From the NCBI RefSeq assembly GCF_004010195.1, contig NC_057728.1:49530561-49594560 (forward strand): a stretch of 64,000 nt of DNA, read 5' to 3'. The notes beneath the pieces were generated by a model, which ran no database searches, was not told the DNA's origin, and worked only from the letters and a program-made list of their open reading frames with translations. This DNA is from Chiloscyllium plagiosum (lineage: Eukaryota). The position numbers and the translations under genes were made by a program. This document shows, piece by piece, positions 24,823 to 37,880 of this stretch; the stretch's first letter is position 1, and every line of letters begins with the position of its first letter.

Positions 24823-25126
24823 TTAGATTAGATTCCCTACAGTGTGGAAACAGGCCCTTTGGCCCAACAAGTCCACACTGACCCTCCGAAGAGTAACCCA
24901 GCCCCCTCTGATTAATGCACCTAACTCTATGGACAATTTAGCATGGCCAATTCACCTGACCTGCACATCTTTGGATTGTGGGAGGAAACCGGAACACCGG
25001 GAGGAAATCTACACAGACGGGGAGAATGTGCAAACCCTACATAGACAGTTACTCGAGGCTGGAATCAAACCTGGGACCCTGGTGCTGTGAGGCAGCAGTG
25101 CTAATCACTGAGTCACCGTGCTGCCC
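24823..25126 (-). mobile_element. HE1-type V-SINE, full length
   Basis: ttagattagattccctacagtgtggaaacaggccc...ggcagcagtgctaatcactgagtcaccgtgctgccc. Confidence 0.93.
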
Positions 25127-25547
25127 AAGATTATCTTGCTTTCTTTTGGCTAATTTATATTTGAATGTTTAGCATGTAATTGATTTTTCTCACTGGTCTT
25201 TTTGCTTGTTTTGGACTCAACAATGCTGATTGAGTGAAGGAATTCGGACTGGCAGATGAGGTAACTTTTTTTTTAAAGCCTCTGGTCCCAGCAGGAATCT
25301 TCCTCCAGAGGCTATTGAGACTTGGTTTGGCGAACTCCTGATTTTCCAAACCTTAACTGGGAATTGGGAGCTCTCTGAATTGGGTGAGTGAATCTCCCTA
25401 CTGGATTCTCCCCTCTGTGATCCTATTGGGTATTAAATCTTGGGAAGTGTCTCTCAGCAAATTGCTCGAAGAAAGTAGGTGATAGATTCCTGGGCTGCAT
25501 CTGCTCCTTCACCTTTTGACCTCAGTGGCAATCCCAGAAAGGACATT

Positions 25548-25865
25548 TTTTATTTAAATCTGTCCATGGGATGTGAGTATCGCTGACTAACCTGGCACTT
25601 ATTGCCCATTCCTGATAACCCTGAGGACAGTTCAGAGTCACCCACATTGCTGTAGGTCTGGAATCACATGTAAGCCAGACCAGGTAAGGATGGCAGATTT
25701 TCTTCCCTAAAATGAACCTGATGGGATTTTAATTCCAGGGTATGTTTTTTAATTTAATTGAAATCACCGTTTGCCATCTTGGGATTTGAACTAGTGTCCC
25801 CAGAACATTAGCCTTGCGTAATTGGATTGTTACACAAGTGACGTTAGTGCTATGCTGCCACCACC
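25548..25865 (-). mobile_element. tRNA-derived SINE with L2-like tail
   Basis: catgggatgtgag...attgccc...cacattgctgtaggtctggaatcacatgt...gggatttgaac. Confidence 0.75.
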
Positions 25866-28117
25866 TCGAAATGAGGACTCCTGTCTCTGCGTCCTTTGCT
25901 GTGAATGATGGTGGAGGAGTAGCAGACTAAATAGGGGTGAAACATTGGTGACCTGAAGGTGGTACTTCACACCTTGGGTTGAGCAAGACACTAAGGATAG
26001 AAAGTAAAAATGAGCTTTGATTATAGAGGTGCAAGTGATGGGCAAGTTTATATTCCTGGGAATGTGCGCGCACATTAAAAGCAAGTAAGGAAAGCAGCAA
26101 TGCAATGACTTGTATTTTCACACCATCTTTTAACACGCTGAAGCTTCTTGAGGTGCTTCATGGAATTGGTATACTGAGCCATGTGAGCAAAGGAGAACAA
26201 AACTTGGTCAACGAGGTAGATTTTAAGGACTTTTTTTGAAAGGAGAGAAAGGAGTAGAGAAACAAAGACTTGAGTGGAGAGGGGTGAGTTTGAATTTAAG
26301 CTCCAGTGAGCTCAAAACTGAGCCATCATGGTGTTGGGTGGGTGCTTTCTCGTCAGTAGAACTCTGACATTTGGCCATTCAGCCCATTAAGGCTGGTACT
26401 AGTGATAGCTCTTCAATGAAAATGAATGACTTGAATCCAGTTACCCTTCCCTTATCCTAGGTCTGTGCTCCTAGGTTCCTGATTCACCAACCAGTACAAA
26501 CTATTTTTCACTATTTATCTTTTAAAAATCTTTAATAGTTTTAATGAAAGGTCCATTCATTCTTCAAGAAACTCATCCTCTCGTCATCTAAGTGAATTTC
26601 TTATCACCAGCCTCTCCTTTCTCTCTCTCGCTCTCATACAACTCTCTTCTGTTTTTTTTCCTTTTCTGTTGCTACCAGGCTCCAGAGGGCTGCCAAAAAG
26701 ATATTTGGAAAATTATGGTTAGTGCCTCTGCAATCTTTTCCCCAAACTCCATTATTAGCCTCCCCTTTTGAGGGGTTGGAATATATGAATTTGCACATCG
26801 TTGCCATTTTAAGATGCCTCACAGCGAATGTGATTTTTAAAAGAAAATTTGGTTGACTGTTAGACAGGGATGTTGAAATGCTTTAATGGTCTCTTGCTGT
26901 TGTGTTGAAGCAGCCACATGCTGTCCATAACAGAGTAATAATCTCTAGAGTGAGGCATTAACAGCAACTTCTGTTCAATGATCTTTGGGCAAAATTCTGT
27001 GTGTAGACATTTTGGTCTCCCCTGATTCTCAAATTGACATGATAATCAAAAGAACCTAGATTTATATAGCACCTTATGTCCTGGCACTGTAATACGCTTT
27101 GCAACAAATGTATTAATTCTGAGTGGCCACTCCTGTCATGAATAGATGTGGCAGCCACGCTTTACACAGCAAGATCCCACAAACAGCAGTGAAAGGAGGA
27201 TACAAATGCCTTGCCCCATCTGGAATGGCCGTGAAGAATTGCAAAGTGGTCCATTCTTCTCTTACTGGCATAGGGGAAATTAAAGTCCAGTTGCCAAAAA
27301 AATGGTTACAGGGAATAAAATCTAACTGGCTGCAAAAATGATTCACCTGTATGTATCTGCGTGCATGTATCGTGTATATAATAGTATTTAATGGAGGGGT
27401 CTCCTGGTTGGTGGATTTAATAATACAAATAATTAAAGTTTTATAATTTTGGGAGAGAGATGGTGAAAGATAGTTTCCCCTGGTTGGCGAATCAATAGTC
27501 GGGATAACAGACTGAAGAATTGAGGAAATTGGAGGAATTTATTTTCATAAAGAGAATGATTTGAATTTAGAATATTGCTCCACAGACCAAATTTAAAACA
27601 AAAAGGCTGTAATAGCATTCCAAAGGGGATCAGGGAATGCATTTGAACAGGGACAAGGGAGGCATGTTTTAGTGCAATACTCAGTGGGTACACCATAGGG
27701 GTCTCTTGTTTGAAGAGTTTCAGAATTTGTCACAGTTTCAGTGGCAAATATGGGGCTAAACTCCACCACAGTGGGGATACATGTTGACAGTGCTGAGGAC
27801 CTTAACTCTGGAATTCCCTCTTTCAATCTCTTGCACAGAGTCTCTCTTGGTACCAACCACATGTTTGAACACACTCGTTTGCTGTCCGTTCAATGCCCTC
27901 TGCCAATCCCTTGATCAGGATTTTAATCTATGGGTTTCCATTGTAGAAAATACACAGTGTTGTGCTAGATCTAATCAAAGGATTGGAGGAACGCACCCAT
28001 GAAATATAGTACAATAGGATGGTGTCTGTTTTCTAGCTTGTGATTAAAGCTGCTTGTGAAATGTTTTTATGCCTTAATTACATCCATCAATGGGGCTGGT
28101 TTTGCCTTCATCCACAG

Positions 28118-28260
28118 GCTTATTCAGAACTGGTGGACAAGGAGAAAATTAAGACAAGAGCACGGCAATAATGGCAAACCAATTCTACCACAATGGGAGA
28201 AGGATTACAATCTGCAGCCAATGAATGCTTATGGCCTGTTTGATGAATATTTGGAGATGA
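28118..28260 (+). CDS. ANO4: ANO4 coding exon: [47 protein letters not shown]
   Basis: Acceptor ccacAG, donor A|GTAAGC. Confidence 0.95.
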
Positions 28261-29250
28261 GTAAGCCAGGTTTACAATATTATTATATCTATTGTTTTAT
28301 TCACGAAACATGTTTGCAATCTCTATTAGTGACTTGCATCGTAACATTAACATTTTGATTGCCATGTTTTAAATTCAAATCAGTTAATGTGTGGCACCAT
28401 ATCAGAAATGGACATTTGTAGTCAGTAACAAGGAGGTGTGGACAGGATATCAGAAGGGAGTTTGATTTGAAACTATTGAAATTGCAACCCAATTACAGTC
28501 CCTATGTTACAGATACTAAAGTATGCATACATTTCATCATTTTAATACTTTTATTGATCAACGTAAGGTACAAGTATTTCCCATTCCTTACGGACCACAC
28601 TTTACAGGTCTGAATTAACTTGAACACAAACTGAGTTGATTTCTCTGGGTCTGGTGGAAGTAACCACTTAGGGAATTGGAGAGATTACCCAAGGGGTTTT
28701 CTGAACTTAGTGCAAATGATAACTCTCCTTATTTGTAATGTTTAAAGCTTTGTAGCATGGAGGCTGCTGTCATGCAACTGGTACTGGGGACCTAAGATCA
28801 AGTGCACTTCTGCCTCCTTTTGATCAAGGCCCTTTTGTGTAAGGAGAGGCCAGTGTCTCTCACAGGTATTGAAGGGAGAGATAGACCTAGCTAGTATGGT
28901 CACGGAAAGAGGTGAAGGATGTATGAATGCACATTCATTTATTTTGTTTTGAGCTCACTGTCCGCTTGGTCATTCCACTTCAAGTCAGCTTGTGTGTATG
29001 TATATATGTGAGAGCTTTCCAAGGCTTTAAGTCCTGTCAGAGTGGAATAGCTAACTGTCAAGGAGCATGTGCTTATGTCAACTGAGTGGACTCATGTAAC
29101 ATTGTATTTCAGCATGTACTGTTACTCCACATTGTCCAGTGAGGCCATCAGGAGTTTCCCGAAAAATGTTTTGCCATGATTTCTAGCACGGTGGATGGAC
29201 TGTAATACCTGGGCCACTCAGTGACTGTCGATATCTCTGTTATCTTTCAG

Positions 29251-29403
29251 TTCTTCAGTTTGGTTTCACAACTATATTTGTGGCAGCATTTCCATTGGCT
29301 CCTCTTCTGGCCTTATTGAACAATATTATTGAAATCCGTCTTGATGCTTACAAATTTGTCACACAGTGGAGGAGGCCGTTGGCTTCGAGAGCCAAAGATA
29401 TAG
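29251..29403 (+). CDS. ANO4: ANO4 coding exon: (I)[50 protein letters not shown](G)
   Basis: Acceptor ctttcAG, donor G|GTGAGG; anoctamin signature FPLAP...EIRLDA. Confidence 0.96.
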
Positions 29404-29589
29404 GTGAGGATACAATGAATGTAACGTTAGCCTCCAAGATTAAGAAAGACTTGTAACTAGCCAATAACTTGACGTGGGCCATGCGCTTTTCACCTGCCCC
29501 TCAACACAATGACCCCATTCATTGTGTGTGTGGAAAACCTATTCCTGGCTGTGTTTTTTGACCCACAGCTGTTTAACAATCGAGCATCT

Positions 29590-30510
29590 AATGAAGGAGA
29601 GTCAGCACTGCTTTATGAAAGGGAAATCATACCTGACTAATTAATTTATTAGAATTTTTGAGGAAATCTCAGAGTGGATAGAGAAGAACTCCAGGAGATG
29701 TGTTGTGGTATTTAGACCTCCAGAAGGCAAACGACAAGGGACACAAGATTTAAATTATGAGATACAAGATTTAAATTATGAGATACAAGTTTTGGAGGTA
29801 ATATATTGCTGTGGTTAGAGAATTGGCTAATGGGTAGGAAGCAGCACAGTGATCCATGACCTGCAGGTTCCACAGGGATCAGTGCTGGATCTATCACTGT
29901 TGACAATATATGTTAATTACTTGGAATAAAAAGAATGTACTGTGGCCAAATTTGTAGACAAAAAAATAAGCTGGTTGCAAGAGGGATATATACAGTTTAG
30001 TGAGTACATGGACAAAAAGTTGGCAAATGGAGTGTATTGTGGGAAACAGTGAGGTTTGTACATTTTGGAATGGAAAACTAAAGAGAATATTATTTAAATG
30101 GAGTTAAGCTGTATCACAGAGACTTGGGTACTTGTGCACCAAACACAAAGCTCGCACCTCGGGTGCAGCAGGTAATCAGAAAGGCTCATGTAATGTTCTT
30201 CTTATTTCAAGAGGGCTGGAGTAGAAGAGTCAAAGTTTTACTGCAACTGTACAAGGTGCTGGTGAGACCATATCTGAATCAGTGTAGTTTTAGTTCCCTT
30301 TCAAAAATTATTAGAGGTAGTGCTCGAAGAGAATGCTAATTAGGATGATCCCAGATATGGAGGGATTGGGTATGAGCACAGAGTAAACAGGCTGGGATTC
30401 TACCCTGTATTTCAGAGGAGTGTGAGATGAACCTGTTTGAAGCATCGAGGATTTTTAAGGATATTGACTGGGAAATGCAGAGAGGATGTTTCCCCTCATG
30501 GGAGACTAAT
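29590..30510 (+). mobile_element. CR1 LINE ORF2 relic containing a 21-bp tandem duplication (29743-29789)
   Basis: LLQLYKVLVRPYL; ccacagggatcagtgctgg (PQGSVL); (acaagatttaaattatgagat)x2. Confidence 0.8.
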
Positions 30511-31296
30511 GGCTGGAGGGAATAATCTGGGTATGCCCCTGATCTAGTAATGGAGACACTTTTTGTTTTCCATACCTGCCTAGGGAGAGTGACCTGTCCA
30601 GTTTTTCCCGCTCCCTGAACTCTTCCAGACAGCCAAATATGGTGGCAGGGCAGGAAATAGAACCTAAGTGACCAATAATTGGTCTTAGTCGGGGTGAGGG
30701 TAGGTCAGTCACCCTCTGTTTTGCTTTACCCTCCCCTGAACAAGGTGGTTAGAAGAAGGTGGGAGGATGATAAGGCCATCTGGAGACTTGTAATTTCCTC
30801 AATATCTGCCAACTGTAAAATTCCATCAATGGGATGGTCCAGATGACCATTGAGCCCCTCAACTGTTCTGCTGCACGATGAGATTGTGGCTGATCTATTG
30901 GAACACGAAACACAACATGGTAATTAATGTCTGGTACCTGATCATCATTTAATTTTCAACTTCCTTCTCAATAGAGAAGAAATAGTATTTACTCTGAAAC
31001 GATAATCCAGAGACAGGGACTAACTATCCATGCAATGCTAGTTCAAATAAACCTTCCCCCAACCACTGTGGAAATTTTAGATTTCAAACTCCATTTTGCT
31101 TTTTAAAATAGTGTCTGTTATTTGTAAAATGTTGAACCCAGCTGACTGACAACTGTCCTTCTCTGAAGAAAACCTGCTGTCCTTAACTAATTTGGGATCT
31201 GAGACTTCAAAGGTTCAAGGGTGGTCTGTTTGAAGTCTTCAAGATGTCTACCTTGTCTTTTGCTGTTAATGAAGAAACTATTTCTACTATTTGAAG

Positions 31297-31402
31297 ATTC
31301 TAGAGCTAGGGGGCGTAATCTGAGAATTAGGAAGCACTTTTACAAACACTTTTACAATTCTAGAGCTAGGGGGCGTAATCTGAGAATTAGGAAGCACTTT
31401 TA
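31297..31402 (+). repeat. Perfect 46-bp direct duplication with 14-nt templated spacer
   Basis: attctagagctagggggcgtaatctgagaattaggaagcactttta at 31297-31342 and 31357-31402. Confidence 0.95.
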
Positions 31403-31886
31403 GAGGTTTAGAACTGTCTTCTACAAATGGTAGTGGATGATGAATCAATTAATTTGTCTCTCAGATTTAAATGTTTTAAGCAAATATATTTGGGAAATGG
31501 GCCAAAGGAGTTAGGTCACAGATCAGCCATGAATTCCATTGAATGGTGGAACAGACACAAGGGGCTGAATGGCCTATTCTTGTTACAATATTTGAATTCA
31601 AACATGTAGGCAACTGATGTGTGAATATTGAAATGAGGTTTTGCCCATGTGAGGATGTACTGGGCTGGAGAATGTCATCATTCCTCATTCCCACCAATGA
31701 TATGCAGCCTCTTTTTTTTAATTATAATAACCTGTCAGATGTTAGTACACATCTCCTTGGGCAGTTGGGACTTGAACCCAGGCCCCTTGGGGAGTCAGGA
31801 GTTTTGTTTGCTCCTCTAGTTTTATTTACAAATGCTTCCCATAGTGAAATGTTCTCAATTTTGTGAATGTGGTTTTTTAAAATTAG

Positions 31887-32034
31887 GAATCTGGTATGGA
31901 ATTTTGGAAGGCATTGGGATCCTGTCTGTTATTACCAATGCATTTGTCATCGCAGTGACCTCTGACTTCATCCCTCGCTTGGTTTATGCCTACAAGTATG
32001 GTCCCTGTGCTGGCCAAGGGAAAGCAGGACAAAA
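31887..32034 (+). CDS. ANO4: ANO4 coding exon: [48 protein letters not shown](K)
   Basis: Acceptor aattAG, donor AA|GTAAGT. Confidence 0.95.
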
Positions 32035-32689
32035 GTAAGTTTATCGCGTTTGCTAAATCAGGTTAAGGGATAGGAATTAGTCTGGGTCTATGAACAGCAT
32101 GTTGTAGAATCCCAGTCCAACATTTTGATCTTTATAGATAGACAATCTTTTTTATTCCCTGCTTTAGACATTATTACAATCGATTGAGGCCGGGAGAGGT
32201 CCAATGTGGCTCTGCATTCTCTCTCACTCCACAAGCCACAACATGTTTTACTCCGGTTATCAATACGGCCAATTATAAATTTCATTGTCACATTTCAGAA
32301 TACAAATTACCAACTGGATAATCTAATAAAGCACAAAGGTGCTGATTTTCTTAAGACTTGTTCAATTCAAATACATGCTCAAAACACAGTTTGAAATGTG
32401 ACTGTGTATAAATTGCAAACTTGATACAAACATCCATTTAAAGTAGTTTTACAGAAAATTTGGGCCAAATACCTGTTGAATCATGAGTGGAAAAAAATTA
32501 GGATATAAAATGTTCCAGGTGCCCTGGTACATCTAGATCCGTTTCTAGACACCTACATTGTTAGTGATGAAGGGTCACTGGACTCTAAATGTTAACTCTG
32601 TTTCTCTCTCAACAGATGCTGCCAGACTTACTGAACTTCTCCAGCATTGTTTTTGTTTCATACTCCTTCATTTCCATTTGTGCAATTTC

Positions 32690-33560
32690 TCTATTGTTTC
32701 AAACGCTGTGTGCTTTCAGAAACTGAACATTTTAGTTTTATCATTTTTGTCCCCTTCATAAATTTGAGTCTTATCTGTTGGTTGACTCTGGATTCATACA
32801 GTATCTATTACTGTGCTATCCATTTATAATTTCCCACAGTAATACCTTTCCCTTTGGCCTTGACTCTACATTTTGGTTTAGCATACCTTACCAAATTTGA
32901 TCCCTTGTCCTAGGAATCAGTTTAAACTTTGCCCTGCTTCCCCAGTAATGCACGTGGATCAGCTGTAGACATAAATACGAGTACCATTTTGCCCAGAATG
33001 TCCCACTAACTGTGGCTTGCTTCCACACCAGATCGTTAAGCCAAGCATTCATCTTTAATCTGATTTGCCCAAATCCAACTTGCACATAGATTGGGTAGTA
33101 ATACAGAGATTGACCTTTTGAGATTTTCTTAATTTGGTGCCTTGCTCCTCGTTCAGGTTATGCAAAATCTCCTTTTGTCCTGCCTACACAGTTAGCACTT
33201 ACAAAGATAGATACCCTTTTCACTAACTTCCTCTCTGGTTTGGAGCAGATGTCCCCAATCCTGACAGTGGGCAGGTGACATAGCTATTTGTACTCTATGC
33301 TCTTTGCTGCAAGAGAACAGGGATCCATATTGTCCAGTCCTCAACTGCTAGTACATTCTTTTTCTCACACTCCATGTGAAAGAGCCTCTCCCTTGTTGGA
33401 GAATGGCAAAGGCTGAGACTCCTACCCTCTAGATCCCCTTACCTGCACACACTCCTCTCCCTGACCACTGACCAAATGAGAAGACTCAACCCTGAAACTG
33501 CTGACTGTGTGTGTGTCCTGGTACAAAAAATCCAGGTGATTTTCCCCATCACTGCACATG
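32690..33560 (-). mobile_element. CR1 LINE 5'/ORF1 (SGNH esterase-like) relic
   Basis: Minus-strand KMNAWL motif typical of CR1 ORF1; heavily degenerate. Confidence 0.45.
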
Positions 33561-34476
33561 TGGGATTTCTAGTGTGTCTTTTTTTTTCCAAGAAATGTCC
33601 TGTCAATTACTTTTTTCTTTTTTGAAATAAAAGTCCATACCTTCTGTCTTTCAAACTAACAGCTTGTCACAGTCCTTTAAGCACAATTGCTCAAAACAAA
33701 AATTAACAATGAAAGCATCTTTGGAACTTAAGTTCTGAAGTCATTACATTCCAACTATTAATACTTTGAATGGTAGTGATGTCATTGCATGAACATACCT
33801 TGTCAGTGGGCTTCAGATGTAATTGATAATTTGAAAGAAATCCTATTTGGAAGGAAAAGGCTCAATCCATCCCCACAACAATGGGATTGATTTCTCCCCT
33901 TTCAGCATACTGATGGAATGAGGTGCAACATTGGTTTCCCTAATATTTTGGGCATGATGCAACTCTGTCCCACTCAATCCCTCTGTATTGATGCTTGAAA
34001 AAAGATTTCCTGAGTAGCTACTGCACCCAACCACCTATTTGTGATGGGGCTGTCAGTCCAGAGATTTTCAGTTAAGTTCCCACTCCGATTAACTCAGGGA
34101 TGCTGGAATGCCATCTCCAGATTAGAGTTGAACCTTTTGAGATGTATTTCTACTTGAGAGGGAGACCTTTTTACTCTTGCTGAAGCAATATTGATAAGAC
34201 CCTGGTACAAGTCACGCAAAGACCAAGTGGTATCACTTGACAACTGAAGCTCAGGCATACTGGTGTTTATCTTGGTCATGCATTGGCTTGTCTTGAGTTC
34301 CTTGAGCTTATTCTCAGTCCTTTTCCCCCCACACTGGATACATTGTAAATCTGAATCTTGTCAGCAACTTGAATCATCCCCAAATGAATAGGAATGGTGG
34401 GTTTGAATCTTGAGCAGTGTAGAATCTGTGGTGAGATGAAGAATATGAATTAACCTAGTCTTTTGTTCTTTCCCAG

Positions 34477-34596
34477 ATGCATGATTGGTTATGTTAATGC
34501 CAGCCTGTCTGTGTTCCTGGTGACAGATTTTGAGCAGCGTTCTGAACCATATTCAAATGGCAGTGACTCTTTCGGTACAGAGGTAGAGTACTGCAG
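34477..34596 (+). CDS. ANO4: ANO4 coding exon: CMIGYVNASLSVFLVTDFEQRSEPYSNGSDSFGTEVEYC(R)
   Basis: Acceptor tcccAG, donor AG|GTAGGA. Confidence 0.95.
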
Positions 34597-34919
34597 GTAG
34601 GAGCCTGGGACAGTGTGAAGTGGCCCAGAAACTTTGTTTTTGCCCGTAAGACTTGTCTAAATACCCATTTCGCTTTTATCAAAGAGCAGTGTTGTGTGGT
34701 TGCAAGCTGTATAAACCTAAGTGGAAATGTTTTGAAGTTAACAAGGCAGTGCACTGTGCAAAACCTTTGTGTCCCATCGTAGTGTGTCCTGAGAGCTCAG
34801 GAAGAACTGGTATTTGAATGCATGTGTCCTAGCTGCTGAACCTAATGCTGCAGGTCCAGTTGTGCAAATAATAATTTGGTTTAGTCAACGTAAATTTCTT
34901 TCTTTCAACCGTATGATAG

Positions 34920-35025
34920 ATATCGTGACTATAGAGAACCACCTCATTCCAAAGAACCTTATGCCTACACACTGCAGTTTTGGCACGTATTAGCGGCTCG
35001 GCTGGCTTTTATCATTGTATTTGAG
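34920..35025 (+). CDS. ANO4: ANO4 coding exon: [35 protein letters not shown]
   Basis: Acceptor gatAG after a pyrimidine tract, donor GAG|GTAAGC; CRYRDYR and ARLAF motifs. Confidence 0.95.
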
Positions 35026-35889
35026 GTAAGCAGCCTGTTTCTCTCAGCCATCTCTAATCACAGACAGCATTCAATTATGATAACAATCATTTCACTTATG
35101 GGCAGAAGGAAGGGGCACAATGCTAGGAGCACACAGGTCAGGTAGCAGCTATGGGGAGAGAAACTGAGTTAGCAGTTCACATTGCCATTCTTAATCTGTT
35201 GCATTTTTTCACATTCACTAACAAATAAACTCACTTTATTTCAAACTCCCAAAGCCTGGTTAAATTGGCTCTTTTTAAAATAGAAATTCATTTGGTCTGG
35301 AGAAAGCTATCCACAAGGTGGTTGTCTTTTTAGTTTAATTTTGTTGTGACCAACCGAAGTGTGAGGTTTGGCGGGGGAAGAGGTTTTTGGGGGGGAAGTC
35401 ACATTTCTAACTGCCTTGAATGCTGCACTCCTTTGGGTGTAGATATACCATGATGCTGTTAGGAATGGACTTGAGCATGTTGATCCTGCAAAAGTGAAGG
35501 AATGGTGGGAGATCTAGTAAAGTCAGGCTAGTGAGTGGCTTGGAAAGGAGCTTGCAGGGGATGGCATTCCCATGTATCTACTGCCCTTGTCTGTCTTGGT
35601 GGGAGAGGTTTTGGATTTGGAAGATGTATTGGTGAGTTACCATAGTATATTTTGTCAGGGATGATGTCCATTTTGCAGATTTATTTCACACAATCTGAAA
35701 TGCTTTTTGAACAGTTTACAAACTTAGTGGTTTTAAACCAAGAGTAGTGATAGTAAAACTTGGTAACTTTTGAGGAACATCTTGAGACAAACTGCTCCAG
35801 GTATTGTGAACCTGGTCAAATCTGTCAGATGACCTTTGAGACTTTGTTTTCTTCTGGTGTGATAGCTGTTGATATTTTATTCCTTACAG

Positions 35890-36081
35890 CATTTGGTTTT
35901 TAGCATAAAGAATCTTATTGCGTATCTGATTCCTGATTTACCAAAAGACCTCCGGGACAGAATGCGCCGTGAGAAGTACCTAATTCAGGAAATGATGTAC
36001 GAGGCTGAGCTGGAGAGACTTCATAAGGAACGGAATGAGCGGAAGAGGAATGGGAAAGGCTCAAACAATGAGTGGCCGTGA
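35890..36081 (+). CDS. ANO4: ANO4 last coding exon: [63 protein letters not shown]
   Basis: Acceptor ttacAG; TGA at 36079-36081. Confidence 0.96.
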   Translation, partial: HLVFSIKNLIAYLIPDLPKDLRDRMRREKYLIQEMMYEAELERLHKERNERKRNGKGSNNEWP

Positions 36082-36294
36082 ATGTGGAGTTCAGCTACTG
36101 AGGTATTTATTAATACTTGTCTTCTGATCTCTTTGTTCTTAAACTGTTCAGTTCCTTCAAGACTAACTGCATCAAAGCCAAATATATGAGAAATGGTACA
36201 GCTTGATCCTCCGGAAGTGGTAAGGTGGGATCAAGATATTTGGAATCAAGTTGTGTAGATGGAGTAATTTCAACGTGGCTGGCTGTCAATTAGT

Positions 36295-36690
36295 TATTTT
36301 CTTTATTCATGGGATGTAGCCATCAGTTTCCAGGCAGCATTTGTTGCCCATCCGTAACTATTCTGGAAGTGGTGGTGATGAGCTTCCCTTGAACCACTGC
36401 AGTCTTTGGATTATAGGGACACCCACGGCTCTGGGAATTTGACTCAACAACACTGAAAGAACAAGATGTAGTTGTTGACTCTTAACTGCCCTCAGGGCAA
36501 TTAGGGATGGGCAAAAAAAACGCTGCCCAGCCAGCAACATCCTCGTCCCATGAATGAATAAAGAAAAAGTAATTCCAAGTCAGGTTGGTATGTGGCTTGA
36601 AAGGGAACACATGTTGTGGTGTTCCCATGTATCTGCTACCCTTGTCCTTCGAGGTGGTAGAGGCTGAGTGTTTTCAAGGTGCAGTGGGTG
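36295..36690. mobile_element. L2-like 3' fragment (minus) interrupted by a plus-strand SINE tail (about 36471-36569)
   Basis: ttcatgggatgt...ttgcccatcc...cttgaaccactgcagtc...ccaagtcagg continues on both sides of the inserted gttgactcttaactgccctc...catgaatgaataaa. Confidence 0.7.
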
Positions 36691-37132
36691 ACTATCTAGC
36701 TATTCTGGATCACATCAACCTATGGCAGGAGACTGAATGTCATTCACTTGACACGTATAAGCCAACAGTAGAAGGTGCAAGATAGTTTGAACTGACGAAA
36801 CAATGGCATGTTTCCCTCTTGTCTGAAAGGGTAGTCAGTGCAGATTCAAATAATTTTTAAAAAGGTATTGGATAGCTGTTTTGAAATATGAGTAGTTAAG
36901 AGTGGGGTAGTGGGACTAATCACAGTAATGTACTAAAGAGGCACAGTGGACAAAATGGCATCTCTGTGCCCCAAGGTTCTAATGAAATACTGTTTCGAAC
37001 AATCAACTTTGTGAATTGGTTGAATTATCCATCCCTTTTAATATCTTGCTCATTTGTCTTTTTGCTTGTAAAAATAAAATCAATGCCTGTTTTTAAAACA
37101 TTTTTTAAAAAGAATGTTCCCTCCCCTTGCAG

Positions 37133-37880
37133 GTTGAGCCTGCCTTCTCTGTTTGCCCATCTTGCAGTCACTCCCTGCAACTTCTGAAGGTACCATTCTA
37201 TGGACTGGATAAAATGCAGCTTCGATGCATGTCAGGAGAGAAATGAAAGAGATCAGTACCCAGCCACGAGAGGGTGTACTGCAAGACCTTTTTTTGTTTT
37301 TGCAACACAAAATATCCTTTAAATATTTATAATGCTGCCAGCATGTTGAACATGTTATTCATTATATGATACAATCCTGTACACCTCCAGTTTTTAAATT
37401 TAAAAAAAGTTAACAATTTTACACTGGTTTGTTAAGTTTGTCAATTCTGCATCTGTCCTCATTTAAGCAAATTCCAGAGTTTTACACACACTCGCATTCA
37501 ATCTGTAAATAAGAAATTCTGAAAACTATTTTGCATAACTTCTGTAACCTACTTGCTATCTTGAGATCTAGTTTGATCCATATCTCCATTGAGCCAGCAG
37601 CTGAAGAAACCAATCCTGTTTACAGACTTATTTTCTTCCTTTTAAGCTTGCTGCTTCCCTGACATGGATGTATGATGCAAACTATTTGTAAATAGCCAAA
37701 AAACAGAATGTTGAATTTTCATGAGTTCTCAGATTATGAACAGAGCCACATTGATTGCTTGTATATTGTGATGCAGAGATTTAAAATAAATATGCACTTG
37801 GAGTTTGAAGATGGCTGAGAAATTAATTTTTTGGGAAAATAAGTTTTCAACAAATAAAGTTGGTAGCAACCCATTTTTCT
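37133..37880 (+). other. ANO4: Probable non-coding terminal exon / 3'UTR of ANO4 with AATAAA signals at 37785-37790 and 37853-37858
   Basis: Strong acceptor ttccctccccttgcAG at 37131-37132; AU-rich sequence with no recognisable repeats; two TGTAAATA motifs; two AATAAA hexamers. Inference only. Confidence 0.5.

Noticed and set aside
31297..31402. Repeat-spacer-repeat pattern resembling a CRISPR unit
   Set aside because: Only two units, the spacer is copied from the repeat, the context is a eukaryotic LINE relic, and there are no cas genes
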